From the human T2T-CHM13v2.0 reference genome, Homo sapiens: a stretch of DNA of 64,000 nucleotides. The DNA lies in NCBI RefSeq assembly GCF_009914755.1, contig NC_060935.1. One strand, given 5' to 3'. Below the pieces are notes generated by a model. It ran no database searches, had not been told where the DNA came from, and saw nothing but the letters and a program-made list of their open reading frames with translations. Of this stretch, positions 26,301-41,300 are shown piece by piece. A program made the translations under genes and the position numbers. Every line of letters begins with the position of its first letter. Position 1 is the stretch's first letter.

Positions 26301-29300
26301 AAATAACTTCATCTAAAAACCAAACGGAAGCATTCACAGACAATTCTTAGTGATCATTGGATTGAACTAACAGAGCTGAACATTCCTTTAGATGGCGCAG
26401 TTTCCAAACACACTTTCTGTAGAATCTGCAAGTGGATATTTGGACCTCTCTGAGGATTTCGTTGGAAACGGGATAAACTTCCCAGAACTACACGGAAGCA
26501 TGCTGAGAAACTTCTTTGTGATGTTTGCATTCAACTCACAGAGTTGAACCTTGCTTTCATAGTTCAGCTTTCAAACACTCTTTTTGTAGAATCTGCAAGT
26601 GGATATTTGGACCACTTTGTGGCCTTCCTTCGAAACGGGTATATGTTCACATCAAACCTAGACAGAAGCATTCTCAGAATGTTTCCTGTGATGACTGCAT
26701 TCAACTCACAGAGGTGAACAATCCTGCTGATGGAGCAGTTTTGAAACTCTCTTTCTTTGGATTCTGCAAGTGGATATGTGGACCTCTGTGAAGATTTCGT
26801 TGGAAACGGGTTCATCTTCACAGAAAAACTAAACAGAAGCATTCTCAGAAACTGCTTTGTGATGTTTGTGTTCCACTTCTGGAATTGAACTTTCCTCTTG
26901 ACAGAGCAGCTCTGAAACCCTCTTATTCTAGAATCTGCAAGTGGACATTTGGAGGGCTTTGAGGCCTGTGGTGGAAAAGGAAAATCTTCACATAAAAACT
27001 AGATGGAAGCATTCTCAGAAACTACTTTGTGATGATTGCATTCGACTCACAGAGTTGAACATTCCTATAGATAGAGCAGGTTGTAAACAATCTTTTTGTA
27101 GAATCTGCGATTGGAGATTTGGACTGCTTTGAGGCCTACTGTAGTAAAGGAAATAACTTCATCTAAAAACCAAACGGAAGCATTCACAGACAATTCTTAG
27201 TGATCATTGCATTGAACTAACAGAGCTGAACATTCCTTTAGATGGCGCAGTTTCCAAACACACTTTCTGTAGAATCTGCAAGTGGATATTTGGACCTCTC
27301 TGAGGATTTCGTTGGAAACGGGATAAACTTCCCAGAACTACACGGAAGCATTCTGAGAAACTTCTTTGTGATGTTTGCATTCAACTCACAGAGTTGAACC
27401 TTGCTTTCATAGTTCAGCTTTCAAACCCTCTTTTTGTAGAATCTGCAAGTGGATATTTGGACCACTTTGTGGCCTTCCTTCGAAACGGATATATCTTCAC
27501 ATCAAACCTAGACAGAAGCATTCTCAGAATGTTTCCTGTGATGACTGCATTCAACTCACAGAGGTGAACAATCCTGCTGATGGAGCAGTTTTGAAACTCT
27601 CTTTCTTTGGATTCTGCAAGTGGATATGTGGACCTCTGTGAAGATTTCGTTGGAAACGGGTTCATCTTCACAGAAAAACTAAACAGAAGCATTCTCAGAA
27701 ACTGCTTTGTGATGTTTGTGTTCCACTTCAGGAATTGAACTTTCCTCTTGACAGAGCAGCTCTGAAACCCTCTTATTCTAGAATCTGCAAGTGGACATTT
27801 GGAGGGCTTTGAGGCCTGTGGTGGAAAAGGAAAATCTTCACATAAAAACTAGATGGAAGCATTCTCAGAAACTACTTTGTGATGATTGCATTCGACTCAC
27901 AGAGTTGAACATTCCTATAGATAGAGCAGGTTGTAAACAATCTTTTTCTAGAATCTGCTATTGGAAATTTGGACTGCTTTGAGGCCTACTGTAGTAAAGG
28001 AAATAACTTCATCTAAAAACCAAACGGAAGCATTCACAGACAATTCTCAGTGATCATTGGATTGAACTAACAGAGCTGAACATTCCTTTAGATGGAGCAG
28101 TTTCCAAACACACTTTCTGTAGAATCTGCAAGTGGATATTTGGACTTCTCTGACAATTTCGTTGGAAACGGGATAAACTTCCCAGAACTACACGGAAGCA
28201 TTGTGAGAAACTTCTTTGTGATGTTTGCATTCAACTCACAGAGTTGAACCTTGCTTTCATAGTTCAGCTTTCAAACACTCTTTTTGTAGAATCTGCAAGT
28301 GGATATTTGGACCACTTTGTGGCCTTCCTTCGAAACGGGTATATCTTCACATCAAACCTAGACAGAAGCATTCTCAGAATGTTTCCTGTGATGACTGCAT
28401 TCAACTCACAGAGGTGAACAATCCTGCTGATGGAGCAGTTTTGAAATTCTCTTTCTTTGGATTCTGCGTGTGGATATGTTGACCTCTGTGAAGATTTCGT
28501 TGGAAACGGGTTCATCTTCACAGAAAAATTAAACAGGAGCATTCTCAGAAACTGCTTTGTGATGTTTGTGTTCCACTTCAGGAATTGAACTTTCCTCTTG
28601 ACAGAGCAGCTCTGAAACCCTCTTTTTCTAGAATCTGCAAGTGGACATTTGGAGGGATTTGAGGCCTGTGGTGGAAAAGGAAAATCTTCACATAAAAACT
28701 AGATGGAAGCATTCTCAGAAACTACTTTGTGATGATTGCATTCGACTCACAGAGTTGAACATTCCTATAGATAGAGCAGGTTGTAAACAATCTTTTTGTA
28801 GAATCTGCGATTGGAGATTTGGACTGCTTTGAGGCCTACTGTAGTAAAGGAAATAACTTCATCTAAAAACCAAACGGAAGCATTTACAGACAATTCTTAG
28901 TGATCATTGGATTGAACTAACAGAGCTGAACATTCCTTTAGATGGAGCAGTTTCCAAACCCACTTTCTGTAGAATCTGCAAGTGGATATTTGGACTTCTC
29001 TGAGGATTTCGTTGGAAACGGGATAAACTTCCCAGAACTACAGGGAAGCATTGTGAGAAATTTCTTTGTGATGTTTGCATTCAACTCACAGAGTTGAACC
29101 TTGCTTTCATAGTTCAGCTTTCAAACACTCTTTTTGTAGAATCTGCAAGTGGATATTTGGACCACTTTGTGGCCTTCCTTCGAAACGGGTATATCTTCAC
29201 ATCAAACCTAGACAGAAGCATTCTCAGAATGTTTCCTGTGATGACTGCATTCAACTCACAGAGGTGAACAATCCTATTGATGGAGCACTTTTGAAACTCT

Positions 29301-32300
29301 CTTTCTTTGGATTCTGCAAGTTGATATGTGGACCTCTGTGAAGATTTCGTTGGAAACGGGTTCATCTTCACAGAAAAACTAAACAGAAGCATTCTCAGAA
29401 ACTACTTTGTGATGTTTGTGTTCCACTTCAAGAATTGAACTTTCCTCTTGACAGAGCAGCTCTGAAACCCTCTTTTTCTAGAATCTGCAAGTGGACATTT
29501 GGAGGGCTTTGAGGCATGTGGTGGAAAAGGAAAATCTTCACATAAAAACTAGATGGAAGCATTCTCAGAAACTACTTTGTGATGATTGCATTCGTCTCAC
29601 AGAGTTGAACATTCCTATAGATAGAGCAGGTTGTAAACAATCTTTTTGTAGAATCTGCGATTGGAGATTTGGACTGCTTTGAGGCCTACTGTAGTAAAGG
29701 AAATAACTTCATCTAAAAACCAAACGGAAGCATTCACAGACAATTCTTAGTGATCATTGCATTGAACTAACAGAGCTGAACATTCCTTTAGATGGTGCAG
29801 TTTCCAAACACACTTTCTGTAGAATCTGCAAGTGGATATTTGGACCTCTCTGAGGATTTCGTTGGAAACCGGATAAACTTCCCAGAACTACACAGAAGCA
29901 TTCTGAGAAACTTCTTTGTGATGTTTGCATTCAACTCACAGAGTTGAACCTTGCTTTCATAGTTCAGCTTTCAAACACTCTTTTTGTAGAATCTGCAAGT
30001 GGATATTTGGACCACTTTGTGGCCTTCCTTCGAAACGGGTATATCTTCACATCAAACCTAGACAGAAGCATTCTCAGAATGTTTCCTGTCATGACTGCAT
30101 TCAACTCCCTGGGGTGAACAATCCTGCTGATGGAGCAGTTTTGAACCTCTCTTTCTTTGGATTCTGCAAGTGGATATGTGTACCACTGTGAAGATTTCGT
30201 TGGAAACGGGTTCATCTTCACAGAAAAACTAAACAGAAGCATTCTCAGAAACTGCTTTGTGATGTTTGTGTTCCACTTCAGGAATTGAACTTTCCTCTTG
30301 ACAGAGCAGCTCTGAAACCCTCTTTTTCTAGAATCTGCAAGTGGACATTTGGAGGGCTTTGAGGCCTGTGGTGGAAAAGGAAAATCTTCACATAAAAACT
30401 TTATGGAAGCATTCTCAGAAACTACTTTGTGATGATTGCATTCGACTCACAGAGTTGAACATTCCTATAGATAGAGCAGGTTGTAAACAATCTTTTTGTA
30501 GAATCTGCGATTGGAGATTTGGACTGCTTTGAGTCCTACTGTAGTAAAGGAAATAACTTCATCTAAAAACCAAACGGAAGCATTCACAGACAATTCTTAG
30601 TGATCATTGCATTGAACTAACAGAGCTGAACATTCCTTTAGATGGAGCAGTTTCCAAACACACTTTCTGTAGAACCTGCAAGTGGATATTTGGACCTCTC
30701 TGAGGATTTCGTTGGAAACGGGATAAAGTTCCCAGAGCTACACGGAAGCATTGTGAGAAACTTCTTTGTGATGTTTGCATTCAACTCACAGAGTTGAACC
30801 TTGCTTTCATAGTTCAGCTTTCAAACACTCTTTTTGTAGAATCTGCAAGTGGATATTTGGACCACTTTGTGGCCTTCCTTCGAAACGGGTATATCTTCAC
30901 ATCAAACCTAAACAGAAGCATTCTCAGAATGTTTCCTGTGATGACTGCATTCAACTCACAGAGGTGAACAATCCTGCTGATGGAGCAGTTTTGAAACTCT
31001 CTTTCTTTGGATTCTGCAAGTGGATATGTGGACCTCTGCGAAGATTTCGTTGGAAACGTGTTCATCTTCACAGAAAATCTAAACAGAAACATTCTCAGAA
31101 ACTGCTTTGTGATGTTTGTGTTCCACTTCAGGAATTGAACTTTCCTCTTGACACAGCAGCTCTGAAACCCTCTTATTCTAGAATCTGCAAGTGGACATTT
31201 GGAGGGCTTTGAGGCCTGTGGTGGAAAAGGAAAATCTTCACATAAAAACTAGATGGAAGCATTCTCAGAAACTACTTTGTGATGATTGAATTCGACTCAC
31301 AGAGTTGAACATTCCTATAGATAGAGCAGGTTGTAAACAATCTTTTTGTAGAATCTGCGATTGGAGATTTGGACTGCTTTGAGGCCTACTGTAGTAAAGG
31401 AAATAACTTCATCTAAAAACCAAACGGAAGCATTCACAGACAATTCTTAGTGATCATTGGATTGAACTAACAGAGCTGAACATTCCTTTAGATGGCGCAG
31501 TTTCCAAACACACTTTCTGTAGAATCTGCAACTGGATATTTGGACCTCTCTGAGGATTTCGTTGGAAACGGGATAAACTTCCCAGAACTACACGGAAGCA
31601 TGCTGAGAAACTTCTTTGTGATGTTTGCATTCAACTCACAGAGTTGAACCTTGCTTTCATAGTTCAGCTTTCAAACACTCTTTTTGTAGAATCTGCAAGT
31701 GGATATTTGGACCACTTTGTGGCCTTCCTTCGAAACGGGTATATGTTCACATCAAACCTAGACAGAAGCATTCTCAGAATGTTTCCTGTGATGACTGCAT
31801 TCAACTCACAGAGGTGAACAATCCTGCTGATGGAGCAGTTTTGAAACTCTCTTTCTTTGGATTCTGCAAGTGGATATGTGGACCTCTGTGAAGATTTCGT
31901 TGGAAACGGGTTCATCTTCACAGAAAAACTAAACAGAAGCATTCTCAGAAACTGCTTTGTGATGTTTGTGTTCCACTTCAGGAATTGAACTTTCCTCTTG
32001 ACAGAGCAGCTCTGAAACCCTCTTATTCTAGAATCTGCAAGTGGACATTTGGAGGGCTTTGAGGCCTGTGGTGGAAAAGGAAAATCTTCACATAAAAACT
32101 AGATGGAAGCATTCTCAGAAACTACTTTGTGATGATTGCATTCGACTCACAGAGTTGAACATTCCTATAGATAGAGCAGGTTGTAAACAATCTTTTTGTA
32201 GAATCTGCGATTGGAGATTTGGACTGCTTTGAGGCCTACTGTAGTAAAGGAAATAACTTCATCTAAAAACCAAACGGAAGCATTCACAGACAATTCTTAG

Positions 32301-35300
32301 TGATCATTGCATTGAACTAACAGAGCTGAACATTCCTTTAGATGGCGCAGTTTCCAAACACACTTTCTGTAGAATCTGCAAGTGGATATTTGGACCTCTC
32401 TGAGGATTTCGTTGGAAACGGGATAAACTTCCCAGAACTACACGGAAGCATTCTGAGAAACTTCTTTGTGATGTTTGCATTCAACTCACAGAGTTGAACC
32501 TTGCTTTCATAGTTCAGCTTTCAAACCCTCTTTTTGTAGAATCTGCAAGTGGATATTTGGACCACTTTGTGGCCTTCCTTCGAAACGGATATATCTTCAC
32601 ATCAAACCTAGACAGAAGCATTCTCAGAATGTTTCCTGTGATGACTGCATTCAACTCACAGAGGTGAACAATCCTGCTGATGGAGCAGTTTTGAAACTCT
32701 CTTTCTTTGGATTCTGCAAGTGGATATGTGGACCTCTGTGAAGATTTCGTTGGAAACGGGTTCATCTTCACAGAAAAACTAAACAGAAGCATTCTCAGAA
32801 ACTGCTTTGTGATGTTTGTGTTCCACTTCAGGAATTGAACTTTCCTCTTGACAGAGCAGCTCTGAAACCCTCTTATTCTAGAATCTGCAAGTGGACATTT
32901 GGAGGGCTTTGAGGCCTGTGGTGGAAAAGGAAAATCTTCACATAAAAACTAGATGGAAGCATTCTCAGAAACTACTTTGTGATGATTGCATTCGACTCAC
33001 AGAGTTGAACATTCCTATAGATAGAGCAGGTTGTAAACAATCTTTTTCTAGAATCTGCTATTGGAAATTTGGACTGCTTTGAGGCCTACTGTAGTAAAGG
33101 AAATAACTTCATCTAAAAACCAAACGGAAGCATTCACAGACAATTCTCAGTGATCATTGGATTGAACTAACAGAGCTGAACATTCCTTTAGATGGAGCAG
33201 TTTCCAAACACACTTTCTGTAGAATCTGCAAGTGGATATTTGGACTTCTCTGACAATTTCGTTGGAAACGGGATAAACTTCCCAGAACTACACGGAAGCA
33301 TTGTGAGAAACTTCTTTGTGATGTTTGCATTCAACTCACAGAGTTGAACCTTGCTTTCATAGTTCAGCTTTCAAACACTCTTTTTGTAGAATCTGCAAGT
33401 GGATATTTGGACCACTTTGTGGCCTTCCTTCGAAACGGGTATATCTTCACATCAAACCTAGACAGAAGCATTCTCAGAATGTTTCCTGTGATGACTGCAT
33501 TCAACTCACAGAGGTGAACAATCCTGCTGATGGAGCAGTTTTGAAATTCTCTTTCTTTGGATTCTGCGTGTGGATATGTTGACCTCTGTGAAGATTTCGT
33601 TGGAAACGGGTTCATCTTCACAGAAAAATTAAACAGGAGCATTCTCAGAAACTGCTTTGTGATGTTTGTGTTCCACTTCAGGAATTGAACTTTCCTCTTG
33701 ACAGAGCAGCTCTGAAACCCTCTTTTTCTAGAATCTGCAAGTGGACATTTGGAGGGATTTGAGGCCTGTGGTGGAAAAGGAAAATCTTCACATAAAAACT
33801 AGATGGAAGCATTCTCAGAAACTACTTTGTGATGATTGCATTCGACTCACAGAGTTGAACATTCCTATAGATAGAGCAGGTTGTAAACAATCTTTTTGTA
33901 GAATCTGCGATTGGAGATTTGGACTGCTTTGAGGCCTACTGTAGTAAAGGAAATAACTTCATCTAAAAACCAAACGGAAGCATTTACAGACAATTCTTAG
34001 TGATCATTGGATTGAACTAACAGAGCTGAACATTCCTTTAGATGGAGCAGTTTCCAAACCCACTTTCTGTAGAATCTGAAAGTGGATATTTGGACTTCTC
34101 TGAGGATTTCGTTGGAAACGGGATAAACTTCCCAGAACTACAGGGAAACATTGTGAGAAATTTCTTTGTGATGTTTACATTCAACTCACAGAGTTGAACC
34201 TTGCTTTCATAGTTCAGCTTTCAAACACTCTTTTTGTAGAATCTGCAAGTGGATATTTGGACCACTTTGTGGCCTTCCTTCGAAACGGGTATATCTTCAC
34301 ATCAAACCTAGACAGAAGCATTCTCAGAATGTTTCCTGTGATGACTGCATTCAACTCACAGAGGTGAACAATCCTATTGATGGAGCACTTTTGAAACTCT
34401 CTTTCTTTGGATTCTGCAAGTTGATATGTGGACCTCTGTGAAGATTTCGTTGGAAACGGGTTCATCTTCACAGAAAAACTAAACAGAAGCATTCTCAGAA
34501 ACTACTTTGTGATGTTTGTGTTCCACTTCAAGAATTGAACTTTCCTCTTGACAGAGCAGCTCTGAAACCCTCTTTTTCTAGAATCTGCAAGTGGACATTT
34601 GGAGGGCTTTGAGGCCTGTGGTGGAAAAGGAAAATCTTCACATAAAAACTAGATGGAAGCATTCTCAGAAACTACTTTGTTATGATTGCATTCGTCTCAC
34701 AGAGTTGAACATTCCTATAGATAGAGCAGGTTGTAAACAATCTTTTTGTAGAATCTGCGATTGGAGATTTGGACTGCTTTGAGGCCTACTGTAGTAAAGG
34801 AAATAACTTCATCTAAAAACCAAACGGAAGCATTCACAGACAATTCTTAGTGATCATTGCATTGAACTAACAGAGCTGAACATTCCTTTAGATGGTGCAG
34901 TTTCCAAACACACTTTCTGTAGAATCTGCAAGTGGATATTTGGACCTCTCTGAGGATTTCGTTGGAAACCGGATAAACTTCCCAGAACTACACGGAAGCA
35001 TTCTGAGAAACTTCTTTGTGATGTTTGCATTCAACTCACAGAGTTGAACCTTGCTTTCATAGTTCAGCTTTCAAACACTCTTTTTGTAGAATCTGCAAGT
35101 GGATATTTGGACCACTTTGTGGCCTTCCTTCTAAACGGGTATATCTTCACATCAAACCTAGACAGAAGCATTCTCAGAATGTTTCCTGTCATGACTGCAT
35201 TCAACTCCCTGAGGTGAACAATCCTGCTGATGGAGCAGTTTTGAACCTCTCTTTCTTTGGATTCTGCAAGTGGATATGTGTACCACTGTGAAGATTTCGT

Positions 35301-38300
35301 TGGAAACGGGTTCATCTTCACAGAAAAACTAAACAGAAGCATTCTCAGAAACTGCTTTGTGATGTTTGTGTTCCACTTCAGGAATTGAACTTTCCTCTTG
35401 ACAGAGCAGCTCTGAAACCCTCTTTTTCTAGAATCTGCAAGTGGACATTTGGAGGGCTTTGAGGCCTGTGGTGGAAAAGGAAAATCTTCACATAAAAACT
35501 TTATGGAAGCATTCTCAGAAACTACTTTGTGATGATTGTATTCGACTCACAGAGTTGAACATTCCTATAGATAGAGCAGGTTGTAAACAATCTTTTTGTA
35601 GAATCTGCGATTGGAGATTTGGACTGCTTTGAGTCCTACTGTAGTAAAGGAAATAACTTCATCTAAAAACCAAACGGAAGCATTCACAGACAATTCTTAG
35701 TGATCATTGCATTGAACTAACAGAGCTGAACATTCCTTTAGATGGAGCAGTTTCCAAACACACTTTCTGTAGAACCTGCAAGTGGATATTTGGACCTCTC
35801 TGAGGATTTCGTTGGAAACGGGATAAACTTCCCAGAGCTACACGGAAGCATTGTGAGAAACTTCTTTGTGATGTTTGCATTCAACTCACAGAGTTGAACC
35901 TTGCTTTCATAGTTCAGCTTTCAAACACTCTTTTTGTAGAATCTGCAAGTGGATATTTGGACCACTTTGTGGCCTTCCTTCGAAACGGGTATATCTTCAC
36001 ATCAAACCTAGACAGAAGCATTCTCAGAATGTTTCCTGTGATGACTGCATTCAACTCACAGAGGTGAACAATCCTGCTGATGGAGCAGTTTTGAAACTCT
36101 CTTTCTTTGGATTCTGCAAGTGGATATGTGGACCTCTGCGAAGATTTCGTTGGAAACGGGTTCATCTTCACAGAAAATCTAAACAGAAACATTCTCACAA
36201 ACTGCTTTGTGATGTTTGTGTTCCACTTCAGGAATTGAACTTTCCTCTTGACAGAGCAGCTCTGAAACCCTCTTATTCTAGAATCTGCAAGTGGACATTT
36301 GGAGGGCTTTGAGGCCTGTGGTGGAAAAGGAAAATCTTCACATAAAAACTAGATGGAAGCATTCTCAGAAACTACTTTGTGATGATTGAATTCGACTCAC
36401 AGAGTTGAACATTCCTATAGATAGAGCAGGTTGTAAACAATCTTTTTGTAGAATCTGCGATTGGAGATTTGGACTGCTTTGAGGCCTACTGTAGTAAAGG
36501 AAATAACTTCATCTAAAAACCAAACGGAAGCATTCACAGACAATTCTTAGTGATCATTGGATTGAACTAACAGAGCTGAACATTCCTTTAGATGGCGCAG
36601 TTTCCAAACACACTTTCTGTAGAATCTGCAAGTGGATATTTGGACCTCTCTGAGGATTTCGTTGGAAACGGGATAAACTTCCCAGAACTACACGGAAGCA
36701 TGCTGAGAAACTTCTTTGTGATGTTTGCATTCAACTCACAGAGTTGAACCTTGCTTTCATAGTTCAGCTTTCAAACACTCTTTTTGTAGAATCTGCAAGT
36801 GGATATTTGGACCACTTTGTGGCCTTCCTTCGAAACGGGTATATGTTCACATCAAACCTAGACAGAAGCATTCTCAGAATGTTTCCTGTGATGACTGCAT
36901 TCAACTCACAGAGGTGAACAATCCTGCTGATGGAGCAGTTTTGAAACTCTCTTTCTTTGGATTCTGCAAGTGGATATGTGGACCTCTGTGAAGATTTCGT
37001 TGGAAACGGGTTCATCTTCACAGAAAAACTAAACAGAAGCATTCTCAGAAACTGCTTTGTGATGTTTGTGTTCCACTTCAGGAATTGAACTTTCCTCTTG
37101 ACAGAGCAGCTCTGAAACCCTCTTATTCTAGAATCTGCAAGTGGACATTTGGAGGGCTTTGAGGCCTGTGGTGGAAAAGGAAAATCTTCACATAAAAACT
37201 AGATGGAAGCATTCTCAGAAACTACTTTGTGATGATTGCATTCGACTCACAGAGTTGAACATTCCTATAGATAGAGCAGGTTGTAAACAATCTTTTTGTA
37301 GAATCTGCGATTGGAGATTTGGACTGCTTTGAGGCCTACTGTAGTAAAGGAAATAACTTCATCTAAAAACCAAACGGAAGCATTCACAGACAATTCTTAG
37401 TGATCATTGCATTGAACTAACAGAGCTGAACATTCCTTTAGATGGCGCAGTTTCCAAACACACTTTCTGTAGAATCTGCAAGTGGATATTTGGACCTCTC
37501 TGAGGATTTCGTTGGAAACGGGATAAACTTCCCAGAACTACACGGAAGCATTCTGAGAAACTTCTTTGTGATGTTTGCATTCAACTCACAGAGTTGAACC
37601 TTGCTTTCATAGTTCAGCTTTCAAACCCTCTTTTTGTAGAATCTGCAAGTGGATATTTGGACCACTTTGTGGCCTTCCTTCGAAACGGGTATATCTTCAC
37701 ATCAAACCTAGACAGAAGCATTCTCAGAATGTTTCCTGTGATGACTGCATTCAACTCACAGAGGTGAACAATCCTGCTGATGGAGCAGTTTTGAAACTCT
37801 CTTTCTTTGGATTCTGCAAGTGGATATGTGGACCTCTGTGAAGATTTCGTTGGAAACGGGTTCATCTTCACAGAAAAACTAAACAGAAGCATTCTCAGAA
37901 ACTGCTTTGTGATGTTTGTGTTCCACTTCAGGAATTGAACTTTCCTCTTGACAGAGCAGCTCTGAAACCCTCTTATTCTAGAATCTGCAAGTGGACATTT
38001 GGAGGGCTTTGAGGCCTGTGGTGGAAAAGGAAAATCTTCACATAAAAACTAGATGGAAGCATTCTCAGAAACTACTTTGTGATGATTGCATTCGACTCAC
38101 AGAGTTGAACATTCCTATAGATAGAGCAGGTTGTAAACAATCTTTTTCTAGAATCTGCTATTGGAAATTTGGACTGCTTTGAGGCCTACTGTAGTAAAGG
38201 AAATAACTTCATCTAAAAACAAAACGGAAGCATTCACAGACAATTCTTAGTGATCATTGGATTGAACTAACAGAGCTGAACATTCCTTTAGATGGAGCAG

Positions 38301-41300
38301 TTTCCAAACCCACTTTCTGTAGAATCTGCAAGTGGATATTTGGACTTCTCTGAGGATTTCGTTGGAAACGGGATAAACTTCCCAGAACTACAGGGAAGCA
38401 TTGTGAGAAATTTCTTTGTGATGTTTGCATTCAACTCACAGAGTTGAACCTTGCTTTCATAGTTCAGCTTTCAAACACTCTTTTTGTAGAATCTGCAAGT
38501 GGATATTTGGACCACTTTGTGGCCTTCCTTCGAAACGGGTATATCTTCACATCAAACCTAGACAGAAGCATTCTCAGAATGTTTCCTGTGATGACTGCAT
38601 TCAACTCACAGAGGTGAACAATCCTATTGATGGAGCACTTTTGAAACTCTCTTTCTTTGGATTCTGCAAGTTGATATGTGGACCTCTGTGAAGATTTCGT
38701 TGGAAACGGGTTCATCTTCACAGAAAAACTAAACAGAAGCATTCTCAGAAACTACTTTGTGATGTTTGTGTTCCACTTCAAGAATTGAACTTTCCTCTTG
38801 ACAGAGCAGCTCTGAAACCCTCTTTTTCTAGAATCTGCAAGTGGACATTTGGAGGGCTTTGAGGCCTGTGGTGGAAAAGGAAAATCTTCACATAAAAACT
38901 AGATGGAAGCATTCTCAGAAACTACTTTGTTATGATTGCATTCGTCTCACAGAGTTGAACATTCCTATAGATAGAGCAGGTTGTAAACAATCTTTTTGTA
39001 GAATCTGCGATTGGAGATTTGGACTGCTTTGAGGCCTACTGTAGTAAAGGAAATAACTTCATCTAAAAACCAAACGGAAGCATTCACAGACAATTCTTAG
39101 TGATCATTGCATTGAACTAACAGAGCTGAACATTCCTTTAGATGGTGCAGTTTCCAAACACACTTTCTGTAGAATCTGCAAGTGGATATTTGGACCTCTC
39201 TGAGGATTTCGTTGGAAACCGGATAAACTTCCCAGAACTACACAGAAGCATTCTGAGAAACTTCTTTGTGATGTTTGCATTCAACTCACAGAGTTGAACC
39301 TTGCTTTCATAGTTCAGCTTTCAAACACTCTTTTTGTAGAATCTGCAAGTGGATATTTGGACCACTTTGTGGCCTTCCTTCTAAACGGGTATATCTTCAC
39401 ATCAAACCTAGACAGAAGCATTCTCAGAATGTTTCCTGTCATGACTGCATTCAACTCCCTGAGGTGAACAATCCTGCTGATGGAGCAGTTTTGAACCTCT
39501 CTTTCTTTGGATTCTGCAAGTGGATATGTGTACCACTGTGAAGATTTCGTTGGAAACGGGTTCATCTTCACAGAAAAACTAAACAGAAGCATTCTCAGAA
39601 ACTGCTTTGTGATGTTTGTGTTCCACTTCAGGAATTGAACTTTCCTCTTGACAGAGCAGCTCTGAAACCCTCTTTTTCTAGAATCTGCAAGTGGACATTT
39701 GGAGGGCTTTGAGGCCTGTGGTGGAAAAGGAAAATCTTCACATAAAAACTTTATGGAAGCATTCTCAGAAACTACTTTGTGATGATTGTATTCGACTCAC
39801 AGAGTTGAACATTCCTATAGATAGAGCAGGTTGTAAACAATCTTTTTGTAGAATCTGCGATTGGAGATTTGGACTGCTTTGAGTCCTACTGTAGTAAAGG
39901 AAATAACTTCATCTAAAAACCAAACGGAAGCATTCACAGACAATTCTTAGTGATCATTGCATTGAACTAACAGAGCTGAACATTCCTTTAGATGGAGCAG
40001 TTTCCAAACACACTTTCTGTAGAACCTGCAAGTGGATATTTGGACCTCTCTGAGGATTTCGTTGGAAACGGGATAAACTTCCCAGAGCTACACGGAAGCA
40101 TTGTGAGAAACTTCTTTGTGATGTTTGCATTCAACTCACAGAGTTGAACCTTGCTTTCATAGTTCAGCTTTCAAACACTCTTTTTGTAGAATCTGCAAGT
40201 GGATATTTGGACCACTTTGTGGCCTTCCTTCGAAACGGGTATATCTTCACATCAAACCTAGACAGAAGCATTCTCAGAATGTTTCCTGTGATGACTGCAT
40301 TCAACTCACAGAGGTGAACAATCCTGCTGATGGAGCAGTTTTGAAACTCTCTTTCTTTGGATTCTGCAAGTGGATATGTGGACCTCTGCGAAGATTTCGT
40401 TGGAAACGGGTTCATCTTCACAGAAAATCTAAACAGAAACATTCTCACAAACTGCTTTGTGATGTTTGTGTTCCACTTCAGGAATTGAACTTTCCTCTTG
40501 ACAGAGCAGCTCTGAAACCCTCTTATTCTAGAATCTGCAAGTGGACATTTGGAGGGCTTTGAGGCCTGTGGTGGAAAAGGAAAATCTTCACATAAAAACT
40601 AGATGGAAGCATTCTCAGAAACTACTTTGTGATGATTGAATTCGACTCACAGAGTTGAACATTCCTATAGATAGAGCAGGTTGTAAACAATCTTTTTGTA
40701 GAATCTGCGATTGGAGATTTGGACTGCTTTGAGGCCTACTGTAGTAAAGGAAATAACTTCATCTAAAAACCAAACGGAAGCATTCACAGACAATTCTTAG
40801 TGATCATTGGATTGAACTAACAGAGCTGAACATTCCTTTAGATGGCGCAGTTTCCAAACACACTTTCTGTAGAATCTGCAAGTGGATATTTGGACCTCTC
40901 TGAGGATTTCGTTGGAAACGGGATAAACTTCCCAGAACTACACGGAAGCATGCTGAGAAACTTCTTTGTGATGTTTGCATTCAACTCACAGAGTTGAACC
41001 TTGCTTTCATAGTTCAGCTTTCAAACACTCTTTTTGTAGAATCTGCAAGTGGATATTTGGACCACTTTGTGGCCTTCCTTCGAAACGGGTATATGTTCAC
41101 ATCAAACCTAGACAGAAGCATTCTCAGAATGTTTCCTGTGATGACTGCATTCAACTCACAGAGGTGAACAATCCTGCTGATGGAGCAGTTTTGAAACTCT
41201 CTTTCTTTGGATTCTGCAAGTGGATATGTGGACCTCTGTGAAGATTTCGTTGGAAACGGGTTCATCTTCACAGAAAAACTAAACAGAAGCATTCTCAGAA

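Noticed and set aside
25675-40562. Longer 145-aa ORF in four copies (25675, 30775, 35875, 40125)
   Set aside because: It comes from a single TGA>CGA SNV (ctctgcgaag) in the A unit of the 6-HOR block. It is a lineage marker, not evidence of coding function.
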